A stretch of DNA of 13,571 bases from an uncultured bacterium (GTDB taxonomy: Bacteria > Fermentibacterota > Fermentibacteria > Fermentibacterales > JCC-6). Positions 1 through 6,605 of this stretch are shown here, piece by piece; within the stretch, counting starts at the first letter, position 1, and the number at the start of each line of letters is the position of its first letter. The stretch is taken from contig CAZKJG010000022.1 of NCBI GenBank assembly GCA_964553045.1, positions 1 to 13,571 on the forward strand, given 5' to 3'. Both the position numbers and the translations under genes were made by a program. Under the pieces are notes generated by a model that did not search any database, was not told the DNA's origin, and worked only from the letters and a program-made list of their open reading frames with translations.

Positions 1-23
1 CCTTCCCGAGGGAGTACGACAGC

Positions 24-1616
24 ATGGTGAGCCGTACCATCGACAACGTCCGTGGCTTCCTCACCGGCAAGTACGACATGGAGTACATCGGCTGGTCCCC
101 CTACCGAAAGCTCAACTACTTCGAGTCCGACAGCGCCTACATGGTCACCTACGACAACATCACCACCACGGCGCTGATGAAGCGCGAGGAGCCGTTCAGA
201 CCGGCGGATCTGTTCCGATATCCCGACTCCTCCGGCAGCACGCTGATTATCGGGGCCGGATGCGGCGGGCAGATCCCGTTTTTGAACGACTTGTCCGACA
301 GCATCACCGCCGTTGAGCTCGATCCCATGGTCGTGGGATTCTGCCGGTCGATGGCCGGCCCGGACCATTTCCTCAACTCCCCGAAGGTGACGTACCTGGC
401 CCAGGAGGGGCTGGCATACCTGAAGAGCCATCCCGGACCCTACTCGTACATCCTGTTTCCCCTGACGGACACCTTCATCACCTCCGCCGCCCAGAGCCTG
501 GTCAAGGCCGAGAACTACCTCTACACCACAGAGGGCCTGGAAACTGCGATCTCAAGCCTCTCCGAGGACGGCTGCCTTGTGATAGCCCTGGCCTCGGCCA
601 TGAACCAGTACGGCAGCGATGTCCTGAACGAGTCGTACCCGACGGTTGCCGTCCATCTCTTCCGGAATCTTCAGGAGCTTGGAGCACCTCGGGAGAACTT
701 CGCCATCGCTGCCGCCTCGGAGTATATGCGCGGCGGGATCTTTCTTGTATACGACAATGCCGGGCTGAACCGCAGGCGGTTTGACAGCCTTCTGGCGACC
801 ACCAACTATGCTGACCGGGTCCTGACAGATGACGAGGATTTCGTGAGATTCGCATCCGCAGTGGAGACCACTACGAACAACAGACCGTTCTTCTACATCG
901 CCGGAAAGACCCCGCCGCCATTCCTGACCGTTACGGCCCTCTTCCTGGCCCTCTCCGCGATCGTACCGATATCCATTCTCTTCGCAAGGGCCAGACGGAA
1001 AGGGGCGCTTCAGAATATCGATAAGAGATTCATCACCACGGAGATGCTCTACGCCGTCAGTACCGGATTCGGCTTCATGGGTATAGGTACGCTGCTGATA
1101 CAGAGGATCATCCCCATTTTCGGCGCCCCGTACCTCGCCGGTACAGTGGTGATCTCGGCTCTCCTGACGGGCGCAGGCGCAATCAGCTTCGTACTGGGTA
1201 CGAAGGGGATAGGCTGGAAGGGCATGACCTACCTCTCGATAGCCGCGCTTCTGGTGATACTTGCCGCATCCTTCTTCGACTCCGATACCTTCTCAGCCCT
1301 TCCCCAGATGGCGCTGCTTCCCAGGGTGCTGATCGCATTCGGTCTGTTCCTTCCCGTAGGGCTTGTTCTCGGTGCGTTCTTCCCGAAGCTCCTGCAGTCC
1401 GCCTCCAGGAGAAGCGAGGCTCATGTGATTCTTGCCTATGGAACCGACGTTACCTTCTCGATAATAGGAATAGTGGTATCCCTGGTGGTCCCGGTAATGC
1501 TGGGCTACAGGTTCATGTTCCTGCTTGTCGGGCTGGCCTACCTGGCGGTGGCGGTTCTGATGCAGAGGCTGCGTAGACTGCAGTCCGATGCTCATGCGAA
1601 GGGGCTTCCCGGATAG
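24..1616 (+). CDS. Spermidine-synthase-fold (SpeE-like) domain with substituted catalytic residues, fused to a C-terminal ~7-TM membrane domain
   Basis: The N-terminal ~300 aa align by eye to aminopropyltransferases. An N-terminal 'SPYRKLNYFESD' beta-hairpin region is followed by 'LIIGAGCGG' (cf. GGGDGG), 'ITAVELDP' (cf. MVEIDE) and 'YSYILFPLTDT' (cf. YDVIIVDSTDP). In this alignment the GGGDGG Asp is Cys and the first Asp of DSTDP is Pro. Residues ~305-530 form about seven hydrophobic helices. A GAGGGAG Shine-Dalgarno lies ~10 nt upstream of ATG 24; TAG stop at 1614-1616. Confidence 0.6.
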   Translation: MVSRTIDNVRGFLTGKYDMEYIGWSPYRKLNYFESDSAYMVTYDNITTTALMKREEPFRPADLFRYPDSSGSTLIIGAGCGGQIPFLNDLSDSITAVELDPMVVGFCRSMAGPDHFLNSPKVTYLAQEGLAYLKSHPGPYSYILFPLTDTFITSAAQSLVKAENYLYTTEGLETAISSLSEDGCLVIALASAMNQYGSDVLNESYPTVAVHLFRNLQELGAPRENFAIAAASEYMRGGIFLVYDNAGLNRRRFDSLLATTNYADRVLTDDEDFVRFASAVETTTNNRPFFYIAGKTPPPFLTVTALFLALSAIVPISILFARARRKGALQNIDKRFITTEMLYAVSTGFGFMGIGTLLIQRIIPIFGAPYLAGTVVISALLTGAGAISFVLGTKGIGWKGMTYLSIAALLVILAASFFDSDTFSALPQMALLPRVLIAFGLFLPVGLVLGAFFPKLLQSASRRSEAHVILAYGTDVTFSIIGIVVSLVVPVMLGYRFMFLLVGLAYLAVAVLMQRLRRLQSDAHAKGLPG

Positions 1617-1656
1617 AACGATGCCTGCGGCAGAGTTGATGTAACCGCGAACGGCA

Positions 1657-1682
1657 GCGCCCGGCCTTTTCCGGCCGGGCGC
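1657..1682. terminator. GC-rich perfect hairpin between convergent gene ends (candidate bidirectional terminator)
   Basis: gcgcccggcc (1657-1666), loop ttttcc, ggccgggcgc (1673-1682): a 10-bp perfect stem in the 83-nt gap between the stop of the plus-strand gene (1616) and the stop of the minus-strand pgk::tpi (1700). There is no clear U-run on either side, so intrinsic-terminator function is uncertain. Confidence 0.45.
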
Positions 1683-1699
1683 CTTGATTCAGACCCCCG

Positions 1700-3658
1700 T
1701 CAGTCCCTGCCGGTTGCCCTGATGATGCCGCCGAAGCTGTCGGCCTGCAGGCTGGCCCCACCCACCAGGGCCCCGTTCACATGGAGCCCGGCGAGGATCT
1801 CCCGGGCGTTGTGAGGCTTGACGCTGCCGCCGTAGACGATCCTGGTCTCGCGGGCGAAGGTCTCGCCGGCGATGTCGGCAATCCAGCCCCGTATCAGGCC
1901 GTGCATCCGGTTGGCCTCCTCGGGGGTGGCGGTCTCGCCGGTGCCTATGGCCCACACCGGCTCGTAGGCCACCACCAGGTTGCCCGGGCTCGCGCAGTCC
2001 AGGCCGTCCAGTGCCGACTCGATCTGTCGGCGCACCACCTCCTCGGTGCGGCCGTCCTCGCGCTCTTCCAGAAGCTCGCCCACGCACAGAACGCCCCGAA
2101 GGCCGGCCCGAAGGCCCGCCTCCAGCTTAAGGCGTACGGCCCCGTCGTCCTCGCCGATCACGTGCCGCCTCTCGCTGTGGCCGGCCAGGAACCAGCAGCA
2201 GCCGGCGTCGGCCAGCATGCCGGCGCTGATCTCGCCGGTGAAGGCCCCCTTGTCCTCGTGGTAGAGGTCCTGGCCTCCCAGGGTAACGCCGGCCCCCCAG
2301 GCCTTGGCCGCCATGGAGGGGATCAGCGTGAAGGGCGGGAAGATCACCACGTCCGCCGGCAGAGAGGTGGAGCCCCCCTGGGAGAGTCCCTCCAGGAAGG
2401 AGAGCGCACCCTCGGGAGTGCCGTTCATCTTCCAGTTGCCGCCCATGAAGTACCGCAGCGGCGGAACGCCTTCGCGCAGGGGCTTCAGTGCCGGCAGCTC
2501 CTGGCCCTGCAGAAGGGTCAGGGCAGCCCCGCCGCCGGTGGAGACGAAGCTCACCATGCCTGCGAAGCCGGCCTCGGCGATTGCCCTTGCGGAGTCTCCC
2601 CCGCCCACCAGCGTGGTGGCACCCTCGTCGGTGGCGCGGGCCATGGCCTCCGCGACCTTGCAGGTGGCCCGACCGAAGGGCTGTACCTCGAACATGCCCA
2701 GCGGCCCGATCCATATCACCGTGCCGCTTTCGGCTATGGCCTCGCAGAAGGCCTCCGCCGTGTCGGGGCCTACGTCGTAGCCGGCCATGTCCTCGGGAAT
2801 GGAGCCGGCGGCCACGGTCTGTGCACCTTCCGGCTCCTCGGCGGAGGGTGCGGCCACGAAGTCACTGGGGAGCAACAGCTCGGTGCCCTCGGACTCGGCC
2901 AGCTCCATTATGCGCCCGGCGGTCTCCATTCGGTCCTCCTCCACCAGGCTCCTGCCTGTCTCCATACCTTTGGCCCGCAGGAAGGTGAAGGCCATGGCGC
3001 CGCCGATGAGCGCCCGGTCCACCCTGGGGATCAGGTGCTCCAGCACGGCAACCTTGTCGGAGACCTTGGCCCCGCCCATCACCAGGGTCAGCGGACGGTC
3101 GGGGTCCCCTGTAGCGCCTTCGAAGGCCTCCAGCTCCCGGCGGACCAGGAAGCCGATGTAGCCTCCGCCCATGGCCTCCGGGACTCCGCTCATGGAGGCG
3201 TGGGCCCGGTGGCAGGTGGCGAAGGCGTCGTTGACGTAGACGTCTGCCAGGCCGGCGAGCTTCGAGGCGAACTCGGCGTCCCCGGCCTTCTCCCCGGCGT
3301 GGAATCGGAGGTTCTCCAGCAGAAGGATGTCCCCCGGCCGCAGTCCCGCGGCCATGGTCCTCACCCTCTCGCCCACGCAGTCGGGGGCGAAGAGAACCCG
3401 GACGCCCAGCAGCACCTCGAGCCTCCGGGCCACCGGCTCCAGGCTCAGCTCCGGGTCCGGCTGCCCCTTGGGGCGGCCCAGGTGGCTGGCCAGGATGACG
3501 GAGGCCCCGCCCTGCATCAGGTGCAGCAGTGTGGGGACCAGGGCCGTCAGGCGGGTGTCATCGGCCACCCGGCCCTTCGCCAGGGGAACGTTGAGGTCGG
3601 CGCGCAGGAAGACCCTGCGGCCGGCCAGGTCGGCCTCCGGCAGAAACGGGTAGGTCAC
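1700..3658 (-). CDS. pgk-tpiA: Bifunctional phosphoglycerate kinase / triosephosphate isomerase (in-frame Pgk::Tpi fusion)
   Basis: The N-terminal ~392 aa are PGK ('[11 protein letters not shown]', '[11 protein letters not shown]', 'GGGDSA...GGGAAL'). The linker is '[15 protein letters not shown]'. The C-terminal ~250 aa are TIM ('GGNWKMNGT', 'AGHSERRH', '[11 protein letters not shown]', 'IVYGGSV'). A GTG start overlaps the gap stop codon (GTGA at 3655-3658); TGA stop at 1700-1702. Confidence 0.9.
   Translation of the reverse strand: MTYPFLPEADLAGRRVFLRADLNVPLAKGRVADDTRLTALVPTLLHLMQGGASVILASHLGRPKGQPDPELSLEPVARRLEVLLGVRVLFAPDCVGERVRTMAAGLRPGDILLLENLRFHAGEKAGDAEFASKLAGLADVYVNDAFATCHRAHASMSGVPEAMGGGYIGFLVRRELEAFEGATGDPDRPLTLVMGGAKVSDKVAVLEHLIPRVDRALIGGAMAFTFLRAKGMETGRSLVEEDRMETAGRIMELAESEGTELLLPSDFVAAPSAEEPEGAQTVAAGSIPEDMAGYDVGPDTAEAFCEAIAESGTVIWIGPLGMFEVQPFGRATCKVAEAMARATDEGATTLVGGGDSARAIAEAGFAGMVSFVSTGGGAALTLLQGQELPALKPLREGVPPLRYFMGGNWKMNGTPEGALSFLEGLSQGGSTSLPADVVIFPPFTLIPSMAAKAWGAGVTLGGQDLYHEDKGAFTGEISAGMLADAGCCWFLAGHSERRHVIGEDDGAVRLKLEAGLRAGLRGVLCVGELLEEREDGRTEEVVRRQIESALDGLDCASPGNLVVAYEPVWAIGTGETATPEEANRMHGLIRGWIADIAGETFARETRIVYGGSVKPHNAREILAGLHVNGALVGGASLQADSFGGIIRATGRD
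1703..2452 (-). other. TIM domain of the fusion protein (aa ~403-652)
   Basis: Begins '[10 protein letters not shown]'; the internal Met405 codon lies at 2444-2446 with no Shine-Dalgarno in front of it. Confidence 0.8.
2483..3658 (-). other. PGK domain of the fusion protein (aa ~1-392)
   Basis: Domain boundary placed by motif positions in the translated ORF. Confidence 0.8.
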
Positions 3659-4671
3659 AGCCCCTCACCCGCCATGTAGGCCAGCATGTCCACCATGCGG
3701 GCCGCGTAGCCGTACTCGTTGTCGTACCAGGAGAGCACCTTCACTAGACCTCCGGGCATGGCCCGGGTCATCTCGGAGTCGAAGATGGAGCTGTGGGGGT
3801 TGCCCACCACGTCCACGGAGACCAGGGGCTCCGTGCTGTACTCCAGGATCCCCTTCATGGGGCCCTCCGCCGCCTCCTTCATGGCGGCGTTGACGTCCTC
3901 CACGGAGGCCTCGCTCTTCAGGCTGCAGACCAGGTCCACCAGGGAGCCGTCGGGGACGGGAATCCTCACCGCCATGCCGTCCAGTATGCCGTCCAGCTCG
4001 GGAATCACCAGGCCTACGGCCTTGGCCGCTCCCGTAGTTGTGGGGATCTGGCTCATGGCGGCGGCCCGCGCCCGCCTCATGTCCTTGTGGGGAAGGTCCA
4101 GGATCTTCTGGTCGTTGGTGTAGGCGTGGATGGTGGTCATGATGCCGGCGGCGATGCCGAAGGAGTCGTTCAGCACCTTGGCCACCGGCGCCAGGCAGTT
4201 GGTTGTGCAGCTGGCGGTGGAGACGATCCTGTGCTCATCGGGGTCGTAGTGGTCGTGGTTTACACCCCAGACAACGGTGAGGTCCGCGCCGCGGTCGCCC
4301 TTGGCCGGAGCGCTGAGAAGGACCCTGCCGGCCCCGGCATCCAGGTGCTGCGAGGCCTTCTCCCAGGTCCGGAAAAACCCGGTGGACTCGATCACCAGCT
4401 CAACGCCCATGTCCTTCCAGGGCAGCTTTTCGGGATCGGGCTGCGAGAGCACGCGGAAGCTGTCGCCGCCGGCGGCGATGGAGTCGCCCTCCACTCTCAC
4501 GTCGCCGGGGAACTTCCCGTGCACGGAGTCGTACTTCAGCAGATGGGCCAGCGTCTTCGGGTCGGTAAGGTCGTTCACCGCCACGATGTCGATGTTGTCG
4601 CTGCTCAGAGAGTGCCTGTAGACCAGCCTGCCTATGCGGCCGAAGCCGTTGATCGCTACCTTTGCCGCCAT
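3655..4671 (-). CDS. gap: Glyceraldehyde-3-phosphate dehydrogenase (type I)
   Basis: '[12 protein letters not shown]' NAD-binding N-terminus; '[10 protein letters not shown]' catalytic Cys motif; 'WYDNEYGY' C-terminal motif. AGGAAGGAGAG Shine-Dalgarno 5 nt before ATG 4671. 18-nt spacer after the pfk stop. Confidence 0.93.
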   Translation of the reverse strand: MAAKVAINGFGRIGRLVYRHSLSSDNIDIVAVNDLTDPKTLAHLLKYDSVHGKFPGDVRVEGDSIAAGGDSFRVLSQPDPEKLPWKDMGVELVIESTGFFRTWEKASQHLDAGAGRVLLSAPAKGDRGADLTVVWGVNHDHYDPDEHRIVSTASCTTNCLAPVAKVLNDSFGIAAGIMTTIHAYTNDQKILDLPHKDMRRARAAAMSQIPTTTGAAKAVGLVIPELDGILDGMAVRIPVPDGSLVDLVCSLKSEASVEDVNAAMKEAAEGPMKGILEYSTEPLVSVDVVGNPHSSIFDSEMTRAMPGGLVKVLSWYDNEYGYAARMVDMLAYMAGEGL

Positions 4672-4689
4672 TTTCTCTCCTTCCTCTGG

Positions 4690-5727
4690 CTATCCGAAGA
4701 AAAGCTTAGCTATGCCGTAGCGCGCCGTGGGAACGGTCTTGAGCTTGCCCACGGCCTCGGCCAAATCCACGGGGACAACCTCGCCGCCCTTGAGGCCCGC
4801 CATCATGCCCGCCATTCCCTCCTCGGCCATCTCCACGACCTTCACGCCGACCCTGGTGCCCAGGACCCGGTCGAAGGCCGAGGGGCTGCCGCCGCGCTGG
4901 AGGTGGCCCAGCACCACGTGCCGTGTGGAGAGGCCGGTGCGGTCGTTGATCTCGTTGGCCAGTACCTCGGCTATGCCGATGCCGGTGCCAAGCTGCACGT
5001 GGCCGTACTCGTCCTTCTCGGCGGAGTGGTATACGTGGCGCTGCAGCTTGGTGTCCATGGCGCCCTCGGCCACTGCCACTATGGCGTAGCGGCGGCCCTC
5101 CTCGTAGCGCCTCTTCAGCAGCTCGCAGACCTCGTCGGTGTCGAACTCCTCCTCGGGAATGAGGATCACATGGGCCCCGCCGGCCATTCCCCCGTGCAGC
5201 GTGATCCAGCCGGCGTGGCGGCCCATGACCTCCACCACGAAGACCCGCTCGTGGCTGCGGGCGGTTGTATGGAGCTTGTCCAGGGCCTCCATCACGTAGT
5301 TGATGGCGGTGTCGAAGCCGAAGGTGTAGTCGGTGGCGCTGAGGTCGTTGTCGATGGTCTTGGGGGCTCCTATGACCCGCAGGCCGTTCTCGGAGAGCTT
5401 CTTGGCCACGCCCAGGGTGTCCTCTCCCCCGGCGGCTATGAGGCAGTCCACGTCCTCCTTCTCCATGGTCTTCTTGATGCGCTCTATGCCGTTCTCCTCC
5501 TTGAACGGGTTGGTCCGGGAGGAGAGCAGCATGGTGCCGCCTTCCACGTGTATGTCCCTGACCCGCTCCAGGTCGAGGGTTATCCAGTCGTTCTCTATTG
5601 CGCCCTTCCATCCGCGCAGGAAGCCCTTGACCGTATGTCCGCCGGCCTGCGCCCGGACAACCACCGCTCTGATTACGGCGTTCAGTCCGGGAGCGTCGCC
5701 TCCTCCGGTCAGAATTCCCAGGTTCAA
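4690..5727 (-). CDS. pfkA: 6-phosphofructokinase, short (345 aa) form with the PPi-dependent signature
   Basis: 'ILTGGGDAPGLNAVIRAVV' N-terminus. 'GGEDT' sits where ATP-PFKs have GGDGS (Gly104 position = Asp). 'PKTIDNDL' sits where ATP-PFKs have PGTIDND (Gly124 position = Lys). Asp at 104 and Lys at 124 is the classical PPi-PFK signature. TTG start at 5725-5727 with AGGAGG 6 nt upstream (5734-5739). Confidence 0.85.
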   Translation of the reverse strand: MNLGILTGGGDAPGLNAVIRAVVVRAQAGGHTVKGFLRGWKGAIENDWITLDLERVRDIHVEGGTMLLSSRTNPFKEENGIERIKKTMEKEDVDCLIAAGGEDTLGVAKKLSENGLRVIGAPKTIDNDLSATDYTFGFDTAINYVMEALDKLHTTARSHERVFVVEVMGRHAGWITLHGGMAGGAHVILIPEEEFDTDEVCELLKRRYEEGRRYAIVAVAEGAMDTKLQRHVYHSAEKDEYGHVQLGTGIGIAEVLANEINDRTGLSTRHVVLGHLQRGGSPSAFDRVLGTRVGVKVVEMAEEGMAGMMAGLKGGEVVPVDLAEAVGKLKTVPTARYGIAKLFFG

Positions 5728-5813
5728 TCCGTACCTCCTTGTCAGATTGGCCTTGAGCTCTTTTCTTCTGTCAGGTTTTGTGGTTCAATGCGCCATAGCG
5801 CAAAGTCCGGGGA

Positions 5814-6602
5814 TCATTCCTCCAGGGCCGTCCTCCTGCACCGGTCCATCATCAGGACCTTCTTTGCGATGGAGGCGAAGTCCGGCAGGGCCAGCGACTG
5901 GCCGCCGTCGGACAGGGCCTTGTCGGGGTCGGGATGGACCTCCAGCATTATGCCGTCGGCGCCGGCGGCGACGCCCGCCAGGGCCAGGGGCTCCAGGAGG
6001 TCGCGGCGGCCGGCGGCGTGGCAGGGGTCCACCACCACCGGGTATCCGCCCATATCCCGCACCAGAGGAACAGAGGAGATGTCCAGCGTGGCCCGGGTCC
6101 AGGGTTCGAAGGTCCTGATCCCCCGCTCGCACAGGACCACCTGCTCGTTGCCCTCCTTGACTATGTACTCCGCCGCCATCAGCCACTCCTCCACCGTGGC
6201 CATGAACCCCCGCTTCAGAAGCACCGGAGCCCCCGCCCTGCCCAGCTCGGACAGCAGGGTGAAGTTGTGCATGTTCCGCGCCCCCACCTGCAGCATGTCC
6301 ACCAGCTCCAGGGCGGCCTCTATCTGCTCCACCGCCATCACCTCGCTGACCACGGGAATGGAGTACTTCTCCGAGATGGTGTGCAGCAGGCGGTATCCCT
6401 CAACCCCCAGGCCCTGAAAGGAGTAGGGGGAGGTGCGGGGCTTGAAGGCGCCCCCGCGAAGAAGCCCGGCGCCGGCCTCCACGGCGGCTCCGGCAACGGC
6501 TTCCAGCATCTCGGCGTTCTCCACCGAGCAGGGGCCGGCGATCAGCACTACGCTGTCTCCGCCGAAGACCGCCTCGCCCACCCGGACCTGCCTTACAGCC
6601 AC
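5814..6602 (-). CDS. aroF: 3-deoxy-7-phosphoheptulonate (DAHP) synthase, class I-beta, bare catalytic barrel with no ACT or chorismate-mutase regulatory domain
   Basis: 'LIAGPCSVE', 'LRGGAFKPRTSPYSFQGLG', 'VLLKRG', 'LCERGIRTFE' and 'GADGIMLEVHPDPDKALSDG' motifs. 262 aa, collinear with archaeal/Thermotoga-type DAHPS cores. KPRTSP (rather than KANRSS) argues against KDO8P synthase. GTG start at 6600-6602, 3 nt after the TAG stop of the upstream ANL gene, with an AAGAGG Shine-Dalgarno. Confidence 0.85.
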   Translation of the reverse strand: MAVRQVRVGEAVFGGDSVVLIAGPCSVENAEMLEAVAGAAVEAGAGLLRGGAFKPRTSPYSFQGLGVEGYRLLHTISEKYSIPVVSEVMAVEQIEAALELVDMLQVGARNMHNFTLLSELGRAGAPVLLKRGFMATVEEWLMAAEYIVKEGNEQVVLCERGIRTFEPWTRATLDISSVPLVRDMGGYPVVVDPCHAAGRRDLLEPLALAGVAAGADGIMLEVHPDPDKALSDGGQSLALPDFASIAKKVLMMDRCRRTALEE

Positions 6603-6605
6603 GTG

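Noticed and set aside
2444-2446. Internal Met405 as an independent translation start for a stand-alone TIM
   Set aside because: No Shine-Dalgarno within 5-10 nt upstream. The junction reads as a continuous linker.
1781-3679. 632-aa plus-strand ORF lying exactly antisense to pgk::tpi
   Set aside because: Its translation is Gly/Ala/Pro/Arg-rich low-complexity with no motifs. It is the mirror of a well-supported, motif-rich minus-strand gene. Long antisense ORFs are expected in stop-codon-poor, GC-rich DNA.
4706-5611. Arg/Gly-rich alternative-frame ORFs (for example 4706-5611 minus, 2127-2714 minus, 2488-2988 plus, 10019-10966 minus, 12026-12847 plus, 12336-13121 minus)
   Set aside because: They are off-frame overlaps of confidently identified genes. 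Their RGRP-type low-complexity composition is the signature of out-of-frame translation of GC3-rich codons.
5789-5802. Small hairpin tgcgc-cata-gcgca after the aroF stop as a terminator
   Set aside because: Only a 5-bp stem with no downstream U-run on the transcribed (minus) strand. Read-through into pfk is more likely.
3793-6417. 874-aa plus-strand ORF antisense to gap, pfk and aroF
   Set aside because: It spans three independent, well-supported minus-strand genes including their intergenic spacers and has no recognisable domains. High-GC artefact.
5814-6602. Alternative call of KDO8P synthase (KdsA) for the 262-aa (beta/alpha)8 enzyme
   Set aside because: 'KPRTSP' and 'GPCS' with overall collinearity to class I-beta DAHPS favour DAHP synthase. 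KdsA typically carries a KANRSS-type motif instead.
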